Shown piece by piece: positions 12,700 through 26,543 of a stretch of 64,000 nucleotides of DNA (its first letter is position 1; each line of letters opens with the position of its first letter). The position numbers and the translations under genes were made by a program. The notes beneath the pieces were generated by a model. That model did not search any database and was not told the origin of the DNA. It was given only the letters and a program-made list of their open reading frames with translations. The DNA lies in contig OX597818.1 in the NCBI GenBank assembly GCA_951406725.2, positions 90,830,001 to 90,894,000 of the forward strand, read 5' to 3'. This DNA is from Octopus vulgaris. Lineage: Eukaryota.

Positions 12700-13045
12700 C
12701 CCAGAGGTCGCAAGATGGGAGAAATCCGAAACGTGGTCCTTTGTTATTCGTAAGACCCGCAGAAGAGAAAGCAGGTCAACCCCTGACACCGAGAGCATCG
12801 ACGGATGGATGAATGCTCATCCAGGCTCAGCGGTCGCGTAGGAAATCGGGGGACAAGAAACAGGAAGAAAGAGTGAGAGAAAGTTGGGGCGAAAGAGTAC
12901 AACAGGGGTCCCACCCCCTGCCTGAGACTCGTGGAGCTTCGGGTGTTTTCGCTCAATAAACACACACAACGCCCGGTCTGGGAATCGAAACCGCGATCCT
13001 CCGACCGCGAGTCCGGTGACCTAACCGCTAGGCCATCGCGCCTCC
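12700..13045 (-). mobile_element. tRNA-derived SINE, same family as 9032-9311
   Basis: Reverse complement of GGAGGCGCGATGGCCTAGCGG...GTTTCGATTCCCAGACCGGGCG. The left boundary is approximate. Confidence 0.7.
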
Positions 13046-13079
13046 TGGTGTTGCTGCTGGTGTCATTGAGACTAGAGGA

Positions 13080-13560
13080 GATCTATATTGAATTAGATTA
13101 AGCTTTGGCACGTTGGATGCTGTGTGGGTAGTCTATCTGGTCGAAGAGCTTGTCCAGCTCGATCGAAACTTCCTCGCCAGTACCTGACTAGTTTTGTTGA
13201 GGACCTATGTTCCCGTCTCCTCCCAGGTGATCAGCCTATGCATCTAGCTACTAGTTTTTCAATTCTGACGCCATAGCCAACATCTTCATCTCGTATGTTG
13301 GAATCTGGGTAAATTTACTGCTTTTGCAAAAGGTTGTGACGTGTCTCTGTGTGAGGTTCTGGGAGGACGAATCACTTCTCCATTGAATCATATTACATAC
13401 GGTGACAAAATTTACGCACCTGTAATTTGGAATCTATCATCCTTTAATCATGAGACCCCAGTGCATCACCGTTCTCTTAGCTGTTTTCTTCCAATAGCTC
13501 TCGAATTCCAACTAATGCAATCCTACGATCGTCTCTCTGATGGCCCTTTCAAATTGTCTT
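13080..13560 (-). mobile_element. Degraded CR1/L2-like LINE 3' remnant
   Basis: Minus-strand translation ELDKLFDQIDYP...A*SNS resembles the CR1-clade ORF2 C-terminus; heavily decayed. Confidence 0.35.
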
Positions 13561-14534
13561 AGGGCCGTTCATTTCAGTACTCTTTCACTTGTTGTTGTCT
13601 ATAACTGAGATTGGTCCGGTTAGTGTTGGAAATAGATGTATTTATTTCTTTCCTTTTCTATTTCCGTAATGCCTGGCGTTTTTATTGGTACCAATAATAC
13701 GAAAACAAAACTATGCTAAGTTGTCATAAAAACATAAATATCCCATCCAATGAATTACTGGGTTTGATTTTGAATGGTTCTTTAAAAACAATCACAGCAG
13801 TGAAGATTATGTCAATTTGAGTTTTAATTGAGATACCCTGTCTCCGCTCCACCTCTGTTTTCTCCTTGCTTCGTTTGTTTATGTCTGTTGGTCTATTATT
13901 TCCTAACGAAGTTAGAGGCGAATGTACCTTGTAACAGTGTTTTTATAGGACTGCTGTAATTGAATAATTGTATTGATGGCGATAATAGATTAACAATGGC
14001 TGTTAATCTTAACAGTCTTCTACACACGCATATACGTACGTACAACACACAAACACTTAGAGAGCCCACACACGCACACACACAAACACACACACACTTA
14101 GAGATCACACACATGCACAAACATAGACACACGCACACACAGGCATACACACACACAGACTTGCACACATACTCATACGCACATAGACACACACACACAT
14201 ACTGACCTACACTTACTGACGTACACATACTGACGAACACATACTGACTGAAGAATGGAAAAGACACTGCCACAACACAGCTCATGTTTACATTCACGTT
14301 TTAAAACAAGCAAATAAGCAACAACAACAACAAACACTAAAAAAAGCACGCATACACACTTATTCACAGACACACTGAGATTCAATGCTATAACATTACA
14401 GAACGACTGCTTGCATAAACAGATACACACGTAGAAACATGCTCACGGGTATCTTATCTTAACATAGACTATCAGAGTCACCAAATTAGTCACCATCCAT
14501 ACAGAAATTCACACATACAAATAAAAATGAATAA

Positions 14535-14629
<95 letters not shown>

Positions 14630-15621
14630 AACACACTAGGTGTATATACGTGTGTATTTGATACATACCGACTTAGTCATATTCACTATTACAGGGGTCA
14701 AGGTTCAGATAGTCTTATACGTGCACATGTAGACATACACGTAAGATGTAAAAAGATAAGTAAAGGGGAGATTGTTTGAACAAATAGCATCAGAATAAGA
14801 AACAAGAACACACACACACATAGCTCAGGTAACACACTCACAAACTCATACAGTTGAATACATACGCACGGATACACATTCTCACAAACAGACATATATT
14901 CACACAAATACGCATATACATAGAAACAAAACTCTGGCGCGCACGTACATACCATACATATATACATATGTGTCCATAACTCAGCGATTTACTAAGAGAT
15001 ACTGATACAACTGACGATATAAGATATAAACAAACGCGCGATTGCAGACGTACACATACACAAAAACATTAAAGATAAACCTAAATTAAAGATACGTTGA
15101 TTTAAATACCGATATATATGTATATATATATATATGGATGTATACGTAAAGAAACAATGGTCTATAAATAAATTACGTAGAAACACACAGATATTCAGCT
15201 GCGCGCATATGTATAATCCTATGCGCAGATACAGACAAATATAGAAACACACATACACACGTAATCTTGCACGCATGCAGGCATACACATAGAGATACGC
15301 ATATATATACTTGTAATTACAGATACAGATCTTCCTTCCACTTATACGTACAGATACACATACACACAAATGCACACATGACACACACACATGTATATAT
15401 TTATTCAACTAAGTAAACACTCATAAATACATATACAGATATGTTCACCTAACTACACTCGCACAGATACAGATCTCTCTACTTTTACACACACATATAT
15501 ATATACATGCATCAACATAGTTCTTCTGGACACATGCAAACAGTGAAAATAGGAAAAAAAAAAAAACAAAGACAGAAAAACAATAAAAAAGTGTGACGTT
15601 AATAGAAGCCATTTTTAATGA

Positions 15622-15831
<210 letters not shown>

Positions 15832-15895
15832 TAAAACATTTATTGGATCTTTATCTCGATGGCTACACGCTCTGAGTACCGCCATATTGGTTATA

Positions 15896-15963
<68 letters not shown>

Positions 15964-16510
15964 TTTTAGTTGTTTCAATCATTTGACTGTAGCCATGGTA
16001 GAGCACCGCCTAGTTGAGCAAATCGATAGAATAAGTACTTTGTAAGCCTAGTACTTATTCTATCGGTATCTTTTGCCGAACCGCTAATTTACAGGGAAGC
16101 AAACACACTAGCATCAGTTGTCAAGCGATGCTGCAGGGACAAATACAGACACACAAACACATACTCACAGACAAACATACACACACACAAGCATACAGAT
16201 ACACACACTGACACACACACACACACACACACGCGCGCACACACATACACACGCATATGTATACTTCATTTTAATCATTTTGCTTGTTTCAGTCATCTGA
16301 CTGCGGCCATGCCTGAGCGCTACCCTAATGTGGTGAAACAATCGACCCCAAAAGGATTTATTCATTGAATGACTAGTACTTATTCTATTAATCTCTTTTT
16401 GCCGAGCCGCTCGGTTACGGGTATGTAAACACACCAACGCCGGTTCTAAAACGGTGGTGGGGACAAACACAGACACAAAGGCATACGGTCGCACACACAC
16501 ACACATGCAT

Positions 16511-16565
<55 letters not shown>

Positions 16566-16996
16566 CATATACGACGGGCTCCTTTCAGTTTCCGTCTACC
16601 AAAACCACTCACAAGGTTTTGGGGTTGGTCCGTGTCTATAGTAGAAGACACTTGCCTAAGGCGTCACATTATTTATTTATTTTAGATGTTTCAATTTGAT
16701 TTACAGAACCTGTTTTCAGCTTTGAAAGTTTCTTTCCAAATGTAGCTTTGCAAGCTAATTAGAAATATGCCAGTAATGTTTTGGCTGATTTGATAATTTA
16801 TAATAATGTTCAAAATTGGAACTTTTGTCTCCGTTATCGACATGGCTAAAAAGTGACTGTGTGGTAAGAAGTTTGCTATTGAACTACATGGTTCCGGGTT
16901 CAGTCGCACTGCGTGATATCTAGGACAATTATCGACTCAGGGCGACCAAATCCTTTCTAAGTGTATTTGGTAGACAGAAACTGAAAGAAGCAGGTC

Positions 16997-17062
<66 letters not shown>

Positions 17063-17302
17063 GTAACACATAGTATAATTATAAACAGGGAAAACTTTAG
17101 CCATTTCTTCGCAGGTGATGTAAAATTAGATTAACAATATTTTGAAAAAGAAGCTGAAGATGTGCTGGTAGATGTCAATTTTAATTTTAACCTTAAGTAG
17201 GAGATAATTAAGGAAGCATATATATATACCGGAGTAAACACATAAATGTGAAACAAGGTGGAAAGAAAGAGTACTCAAATACCAGTGGTAGAGTAATATG
17301 CT

Positions 17303-17456
17303 TTATTTAAAGCAGCAGAAAATTCAACAAAACCTGTTACTCTGAGTTTCACGTTGCCGTTCGTCGGACAGTTTTTGCTAGCAAAAACTGTCCGACGAAC
17401 AGCAGCGTGAACCTCATAGTAACAAGTTTTGTTGAATTTTCTGCTGCTTTAAATAA
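17303..17456. repeat. 154-bp spacerless palindrome in intron 1 of gene 1, each arm carrying a hammerhead-like motif
   Basis: Centre GCTAGC at 17377-17382; the arms match with a few mismatches. Confidence 0.9.
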
Positions 17457-17459
17457 GTA

Positions 17460-17501
<42 letters not shown>

Positions 17502-17515
17502 ATATATATAAATAA

Positions 17516-17564
<49 letters not shown>

Positions 17565-17713
17565 CATACATCTCATGAGCATTACTGTATTATTACTATA
17601 TTACCATGCAATAATATATCCAAGCATTGGTTCGTGTGGTGTTCTAGTCGAAGGTCGATTCTTCGGAATCATGCATGAAAGTTATTTACTAATGCATATA
17701 AATATATTTCTAG

Positions 17714-17806
17714 ACATGACGTGTTCCATGATGCCCGTCCTGGAGACGCAGAAATGCCAGATTCCACAAAGTATGACCATATCTCGCTATATAGCCCGGG
17801 AATACG
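17714..17806 (+). CDS. S-crystallin gene 1, coding exon 2
   Basis: ttctag acceptor; (N)MTCSMMPVLETQKCQIPQSMTISRYIAREY(G); GTGAGT donor; phases 1/1. Confidence 0.95.
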
Positions 17807-18296
17807 GTGAGTAAAACGTATTAACTCAATATATATATACTTTTATATGTTTATCACTGAGCGTGAATGATTCATTAATATTTCATAGTGGGACCTGCAG
17901 AAATTCACGGAATGGATAACTTTAAGAGGACCTATATGAGAGAGAAAAGATGATTTGCATTTTAAAGCATTCATAGTTTAACTTCCTTTGAATATTCTTG
18001 ACGTTCGACTATATTCATTTTCTGACCTCTCTATCGGCGTTATCTTTTCCTACATTTTATTATATTTACGCGCTGTTCCTCTCTGATCCATGTTCTGTAT
18101 CTGCGCATCCTTTCTCGTGCAGCTTGCCACCGTGTTTCTTGTGAATCCCGTGTCTAGTCTTTACTTAACCCTATAAACAAATATCATTTTTTGAGTATTT
18201 TACAACACCTTACTTGCACCCTTCTTTTCATGTTTGTATAACCTGTAACTATGAAGGAAATATTTGTTGCTCTTCTTGTTATTGATGTTGGTGTTG

Positions 18297-18413
18297 CTCT
18301 TCTTCTTCTTCTTCTTCTTCTTCTTCTTCTTCTTCTTCTTCTTCTTCTTCTTCTTCTTCTTCTTCTTCTTCTTTTTCTTCTTCTTCCTCTTATCATCATC
18401 ATCATCATCATCA

Positions 18414-18462
<49 letters not shown>

Positions 18463-18478
18463 CATTATTATTATTCTT
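18297..18478. repeat. Compound trinucleotide microsatellite (CTT)n(ATC)n(ATT)n abutting the exon 3 acceptor
   Basis: Read directly from the sequence. Confidence 0.95.
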
Positions 18479-18484
18479 GTTCAG

Positions 18485-18600
18485 GTCTTCATGGTAAAAG
18501 CAATTTAGAAATGGCACGAGTGGAGTCCATTACGGACTGTCTATACGAAATACTAGATGTCTACATGAGAATGTACCATGAGATGGATGGTCGACTTGTA
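18485..18600 (+). CDS. S-crystallin gene 1, coding exon 3
   Basis: ttcag acceptor; (G)LHGKSNLEMARVESITDCLYEILDVYMRMYHEMDGRLV; GTAAGA donor, phase 0. Same 116-nt length as exon 3 of gene 2. Confidence 0.95.
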
Positions 18601-18743
18601 GTAAGAACAGACTTTCTCTATTCTATAAACATTCGTTTTGCTATGTTACGTAAATACTTATACACATAACAGCACGAAGCTGGAGCCAGTCGGTACTATA
18701 GTATTTTTAGGAGTTTTGTTGTTCTCATATATACATACATACG

Positions 18744-18808
<65 letters not shown>

Positions 18809-19335
18809 ATATGTACGTGTGTGTACAGTGAATAGCGGTGGATGTCCAGTAGAGTAAAATCAAAATCAAAAGAGTTCGCAGGCAAAATATGGTTGTGTGT
18901 GTAAATGAGAGAAGGAGAGAGAGAGGGGGGAGAGAAGAGAGAGAGAGAGAGAGAGAGACAAAGAGAGAGAGGGGGCAGAAAGAGTGAGAGAGGGGGAGAG
19001 AAAGAGTGAGAGAGGGGGAGAGAAAGAGAGAGAGAGGGGGAGAGTGAGTGTTGTGTTTGTGTTTGTCTCCATAACGTAGCGGTTTGGCAAAAGGAAACAA
19101 TAAAATAAGTGTCAGACTTCAAAATTAGTTTGGTAGTGAGATCGACTTGTTCCACTTAACACTTCAAGACTCGTCGCAGTCTAATGACTGAAACATGTAA
19201 ATGATAAAGAGAAAAGATTGTCAAGATGTCGGGTGTTTGGCGGGAAACATTTTATATACTTGTCAACAATACGAAAAAAGATAAACTCGAGAAAACGTTT
19301 CATGATAGCTTACATTATTCTTGGTTTTTCTAAAG

Positions 19336-19823
19336 ATTCATCCTGTATGGAATTGTGGGAGCAAGACTGTCAGATGTGAAGATGAAATTAGCAGAAAAGA
19401 CTGCCAGATGTGAAGATGAAATTAGCAGGAAAACTGACAGATGTGAAGATGAAATTAGCAGAAAAGACTGCCAGATGTGAAGATGAAATTAGCAGAAAAA
19501 CTGACAGATGTGAAGATGAAATTAGCAGAAAAACTGACAGATGTGAAGATGAAATTAGCAGAAAAACTGCCAGATGTGAAGATGGAAAAAGCAGAAAGGG
19601 TACAAACTATGGAAATGGTATTAGGAGAAAGACTGTTGGATATGAAGATAGAATTAGTGGATTGACTGCGATAGATATAGATGGAATTAGCAGAAAGACT
19701 GCCAGATATGAAGATAGATTAACGAACAGACAACTACATGAGAAGATAGTAGAAGCAGAAAGAGTACAAGGTACGAAGATGGATTTAGCACAAAATGTGT
19801 CAAGAGATTTAAAGTTTACATGA
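19336..19823 (+). other. Candidate frameshifted S-crystallin loop exon built on a 33-bp minisatellite (units from 19372, degenerate to ~19800)
   Basis: Pyrimidine-rich acceptor ttggtttttctaaag|19336 in phase 0 opens IHPVWNCGSKTVRCEDEISRK. Units encode RCEDEISRKT(A/D); units 1 and 3 are 34 bp, giving TGA at 19411-19413. The repeat itself is certain; exon status is inference. Confidence 0.5.
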
Positions 19824-20326
19824 AGCAGTTAGAATTATTTTAATAAATTCTGTGTGGGATTTTGTTGAACTAGGTATAGCAGAATGAAATATGGAATGTC
19901 CTTCTGAAATAGTGGAAAAGACCTAACCATGATCTTCCAGTTCATGTCTTCGGAGGATTACAGATAGCACAGAATGCGACAGACTAAGTAACAAAAAAGT
20001 AGGAAGATTCGTTAAAGACATGTAATATAAATAAGATGTCTCTCTGTTGCAAAACATTTAATCTTAATAGTCTGGATAAATGTATGAACGACACAATATC
20101 GCACTTGCTAATAAAATTTGTAACAACGTACCTACTAAAAGTAAACCAACACATTTAAATTGGTTGCAGGCAATGATTTTAGCAAAGATGATAAACCGCC
20201 TTTAAATATATTCACCTATAAATAGTGACAAAAACAAAGTCAAATAGGTACACACACACACACACATACACACACGAACACACATACACGCACATACGTA
20301 AACAAAGCTGCATAGAAATAAGTAGC

Positions 20327-20387
<61 letters not shown>

Positions 20388-20676
20388 AATACATAGCAAA
20401 TATGTGCATATATACAAGCGCACACACATATTTGTAAGTACATTAATTCCGCAAATATTATATTTATTGTGATGAAGAGTAGATTCTAGACTACCGAAAA
20501 TGTATCTACAACATATATAATTACAAATTATGATTTTTTAAAACTATTTTCAGTGCAGAAAAAGTCAAAAGGTCCTCAAGAAATCCAGTGTAAGTCACTT
20601 ATTCCTATATTTATATGCGCGTATACACACACACTCACACACACACAATACACACACACACACACATACACATATA

Positions 20677-20712
<36 letters not shown>

Positions 20713-21126
20713 TGTATGTATGTATGTATGTATGTATATATATACAGTGAGAGAGATAGAAACACTTGTATTTGCATGTACCTGTGTGTGTGTGACTATG
20801 CCTGCCACTTTGCATATATATATGTATATATATATATATATATGATCACATACACATATACAGAGATGGTAACTTCGATACATAGGTATAACTACCTAAT
20901 TCCCAATCCACCTACCTACTACCTACTTACCTACCTACCTACCTACATACCTACCAACCTCTTACCTACCTACCTACCTACCTACCTACCTACCTACCTA
21001 CCTACCTACCTAACTACCTACCTTCCTTCCTGCCTTCCTGCCTCCCTACCTGTCTATGTATGTATGTATGTATGTATGTATGTATGTTGCCATGTATGTA
21101 TGCATGTATATATATATGTATGTATG

Positions 21127-21174
<48 letters not shown>

Positions 21175-21957
21175 TAGATAGATAGATAGATAGATAGAGA
21201 GAGATAGATAGAGAGAGATAGATAGAGAGAGATAGATAGATAGATAGATAGAGAGATAGATAGATAGATAGATAGATAGACAGACAGATAGATAGATAGA
21301 TACATACATACATATATACATATGTATATATACATACGTATATATACATATAGATACGTACATACATACATACACACACACATACATACATATATATATA
21401 CACACACATGAACACACATACATACGTGCATACATATATAAGCTATATGCGTGCATGCAGATATGTCTGACATTCCATTTTGTTTTGAAATTTTATCCTT
21501 TATTTTCATAGAAAACACTTCCTAGCAACTGTAATGATTATGGACACTAATGTTGTATAATAAAGCTTGGAAAACTATCCAAACATTGCTCTATTCTAAA
21601 TAAATAAGAAAAAATATAGAACTGCCGAAGGGTTAGCCCATTCATATAAACGCATACAGTTAGCAATATTTCAATAGCCATACCATCAGTTTTAATATTC
21701 TAAATTTTAAGTGATGTTTGTGATAAAAAAATAATAAATAAATAAAAAGTTATGACTTGCCCAGTCAAAGGATTCCGAGAATTCTACAAGGTTTATAATA
21801 TTTATGAAAATAATACGCAATTTCTTAAATTATTAGTTGTATGAATTCAAACTTGTGTGTGTGTAGAGCACGGACGTTTTGACTGAACATACATACACAC
21901 TTACATACATACATGCATACATGCATACATGCATACATACATACATACATACATACA

Positions 21958-22023
<66 letters not shown>

Positions 22024-22580
22024 CTTCATTTTTTATCAAGTTTGCAATATACTTTGTGAATTCTCCAGTTGAAACAAATTGTGTTGTGTTAATTTTATTG
22101 GCATTATAACTCTCCCTAGACACAACAGTATATGTATATGTATGCATATAAATATACATATATACATACATAAATACAGACATACATAAATATATATTTA
22201 TATATATATATATATAATATAAATTAGATAAAAACCACTATTATGCAATTCAAACAATGATAGACATAAACTAAATCATAATAAAAAAAAACAAAAAAAA
22301 TATTTTTTTAAACATATAACTAGATCAGAAAAAGTATAAAAATGAATAAACAGTATATAAGTAAAAACAACTACGTACGTTTCATGGCTATAATGAAATT
22401 TATGATCTGGTTTACGTCAATCATTCTTTGAATTGCAAAATAGTGTTTTTTTCTCTAATTTATATAATATATATTTATATTGTGATTTAATACTAAATAG
22501 AATTTTTCCCGGTAAGTTTGGAGTTATACTCCCTAATAATAATGATAATAATATTAATAATAATAATAATAAGAAGAAGA

Positions 22581-22636
<56 letters not shown>

Positions 22637-22818
22637 CATTATTATTATTATTATTAGCCACTACACACATTTTTGCTCTCCTTGTTTTTTCTGTGTCCCT
22701 TTCTGTAGAAGAGCGTAGGCTCGAAACGTAAAAGACTTTTCTATTCCTGAGCGTTATACTAATACATCTGTTTGTTTTGTACACCACCTGTCCTCGTCTT
22801 TTTTTTTTCGTAAACTCT

Positions 22819-22871
<53 letters not shown>

Positions 22872-22906
22872 AGTGTTCTTTTTAATACTCTGTGCAAACT
22901 TTTCAG

Positions 22907-23014
22907 TCAGATATGCGGAGAATATTTGAGCAAACTTGTCGCAATATACTTCCTTATCTTGAAGACACCCTGAAGACATGCAATGGAGGAGATGAATTCT
23001 TCTGTGGAGATAAG
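22907..23014 (+). CDS. S-crystallin gene 1, post-loop exon
   Basis: ttttcag acceptor; SDMRRIFEQTCRNILPYLEDTLKTCNGGDEFFCGDK; GTACGT donor; phase 0/0. An alternative AG 4 nt downstream would start the exon at 22911. Confidence 0.93.
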
Positions 23015-23361
23015 GTACGTGCTTTTAAGTTTGAAATATTTGACACAAGTTGTATATCGATTGTATCAAATCATCTCAGTAATCACAGTACTGAAGTGTG
23101 CTACCATATTGTATGAATTAAGTGTGCGCTTGTGAGTGTGTATACAGAACGATTTGATGTAGAAGTGTGTCTGTAGAGAGGTTCCTCTTCCTCCCTATAT
23201 TAAAATATATATGCCTCGACAGTCTCTCTCTGTTTTTGCACACACACACACACACACATGTTGCTCCAGCATAGCCGCAGTCTAATGACTGATTCTAGAC
23301 AAGGATAATAAAAGATAAAAGAAAAAAGATGTATGTGTGCATGCGTTCCTGAATATAAATT

Positions 23362-23396
<35 letters not shown>

Positions 23397-23459
23397 GCGT
23401 ATATATACACACACACACGTATATACATACAATCATACATATCTATATACATGCATGCG

Positions 23460-23494
<35 letters not shown>

Positions 23495-23951
23495 ACATAT
23501 ATATATATACTTATATAAATGTATATATATATATATACATACATATATATGTGAGTATGTGTATGTATGTATGTATGTATGTATGTATGTATGTATGTAT
23601 GTATGTATGTATGTATATATGTATGTGTGTGTGTGTGTGTTTGCGTGTGTACATGCAAAGAAAAACGCAAAGGAAAAGGCACACACTGTCGTGAATAACG
23701 TGTTAGTTGAACGCTCACAGTAAATCGTAAAAAAAGTGGCTGCAAATTTCGGAAGAATGTCATTCATAAAGCAAGAGGTGAACGGAATAAATAGACGAAG
23801 AGAATTAGAGAGAGTGTGTGTGATAGTGAGAGCGAGGGGAGAGAAAGAAGGAGAGAGAGAGTGAAAGATATAGGAAGAGGAAGAGAGAGATAGAGAGAGA
23901 GAAGTACATAGGAGAGAAAGTAAAAGACAAAGAGACACTGAGAGAGGTTGA

Positions 23952-24838
23952 CGAGGTGATACCAAAAGATTCCCGAAGTAGTTAAGCTTAATAAAAAGAA
24001 TGACTTATCTAAGTTTTAACATCAGTCCCTTCGAAATAGACATTTTGCTCAGCTATACATCGGTCCCAGCGTTGTTTCGACGTTTGGAATCCAGCCTGGA
24101 GGTTGATTTACGTGAGCGACTGGATCTCGACAATGGTTTTAAAACGACAGCCATTCAGCTGCATTTTCATCTTGTGGAAGAGATATAATTCTGCAGGTTC
24201 TATATCTGGCGAAGAGGACGAGTTCTGAAGTGATACCGTACTGTTTTCCACGAGAAACTCACGGGTGAAGAGGATTTGTTGTCAGGGTGCATTGTCGTAG
24301 GAAAGAATCCATTTCATCGTGTCCCACAGATCCGGTGGCTTACGCCGAATATCCTCTCTCAAACGTTTTAAAACGCACAGTAAAAGATCTCTATCGAATG
24401 TCTGACCCTGCGGACCGAATTCTCGATATACTATATCACAAAAGTCAAAACAATAAAAAAAAATAACGATGAGCATGTTCTTGGTTGAACTGCGGATCTG
24501 TCGTGCATTTGAAGCGCCCGTGCCACTCGAAACATTGCCTCGTCGCTGTAAGCTTGCTGAAACATAAACAATATCTCTGTAGCAGACTTCCCAAGTTTAA
24601 TTCAAAATTTCAAGTTGGCTCTCTGTTCCAACTTCTTGTCCATGACAGAATTCGCAGACTACCGCACACTCGTGATCACAAAAGCGCAAAGTTCACAATT
24701 TACGAAATAAACAGATCGATGTCACTTGGCACATTGACTCATGAAGGTCACCGCTTGCTCTCACTGCGCACGCAACAGTGTGCTGCTATCTGTTGGCGCG
24801 TTACAGAACTAGTCCGGGAACTTTTTGATACCACCTAG
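23952..24838 (-). mobile_element. Internally deleted mariner transposon in the last intron of gene 1
   Basis: Imperfect TIRs CGAGGTGATACCAAAAGATTCCCGAAGTAGTT / AACTAGTCCGGGAACTTTTTGATACCACCTAG|TA. Minus-strand peptide MLIVIFF..IVYREFGPQGQTF..VLKRLREDIRRKPPDLW..WILSYDNAP is a mariner transposase core. Confidence 0.88.
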
Positions 24839-25423
24839 TAAATTTGCGCCTGTAATAATAATAATAATAATAATGATAATAATAATAACAACAACAACAA
24901 CGATAATAATAATAAATAGTAATAATAATGAATAATAATAATAATCTTAATCATAATAGTAATAATAATAATCAATGTGTTAATAAGAGGGAGAGCTGTA
25001 CTGTGGATTCTGTTCGGCAAGGGAGGTAAGAACTTTGTGTTTGTTCATGTGTTAGATTTTCTTTGTGCTTTGTATCTTGCATATGGCGGGCTGCTCTTGC
25101 ATACTTGTTTGGTTCGGTTCATATATCTGAATGTGTGAGTATGAGTGTATGTGTGTGTGTATGTATATATGTGAGGGAGAGGGGGGAGGAAGACATAGAG
25201 AGAGAGAGGAAGAGAAAGGAAGAGAGAGGGGAAGAGAGAGAGAGGAAGAGAGGGAGAGCGAGAGAGAGACTCTGTGTGTGTAATTGTAAATTAGCTGAAG
25301 TGTATGTGGAGGTGAATTTTAGTGCGTGTCTTACCGAGTTGTGTGAATGTGTGTAAGTCTGTATATGCATGTGTCAATATGAATATATATATAAAATCGG
25401 ATTTCTCTCTCCCTCCCTCTCTC

Positions 25424-25478
<55 letters not shown>

Positions 25479-25757
25479 ATATATATAAATTCTCCAGTTT
25501 TGCTGCTAGTTGGGATAGTCATTTGCCAAGAGGTCATCAAACGACTCTCCCATATAATGATAAATCTCATAGGGTAAAATGTTCAGTGAGATTTCGTCTG
25601 TCTTTACTTTCTGAGTTCAAATTACGACGAGGTAGTCATTTCTTTTAATCCTTTTGGAGTCGATAAAATAAGTATCAGCTGATCACTTACTCCTTCGCCT
25701 GAAACAACTGGTATTGTGTCAAAATTTTAAACTAATATATGAGGACATTTCAAAGAA

Positions 25758-26240
<483 letters not shown>

Positions 26241-26378
26241 TGAGAAGTGAGAGAGAGAGAGTATCTCTACAAAACATAATATTATAAAGATTATTCACGT
26301 AGCAAATACACAACAAATTATCAAAACATCTTAGATAATAAATGAGTTAATTTTTATAGCTATTCTGTTTTCCTTCAG

Positions 26379-26543
26379 ATGCTGCTGTGTGATATAATGT
26401 GCTTTGCAGCTCTTGAAAACCCCACTACCGAAGATCCGTGTTTGCTGAAAGATTACCCTAAATTGCAAGCTTTAAGAGAGAAAGTTGCAAATCATCCCAA
26501 AATAGCCAGTTACCTATCAAAACGAAATGCCACTTCATTTTAA
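26379..26543 (+). CDS. S-crystallin gene 1, terminal coding exon
   Basis: ccttcag acceptor; MLLCDIMCFAALENPTTEDPCLLKDYPKLQALREKVANHPKIASYLSKRNATSF* (TAA 26541-26543), a typical S-crystallin C-terminus. Confidence 0.96.
   Translation: MLLCDIMCFAALENPTTEDPCLLKDYPKLQALREKVANHPKIASYLSKRNATSF

Noticed and set aside
19410-19823. Stand-alone 137-aa gene
   Set aside because: It starts at a GTG inside a tandem repeat within an intron; better explained as a repeat or pseudo-exon.
19941-19987. Alternative short loop exon after cttccag (FMSSEDYR...)
   Set aside because: Phase-0 reading hits TAG after 8 codons, before any donor.
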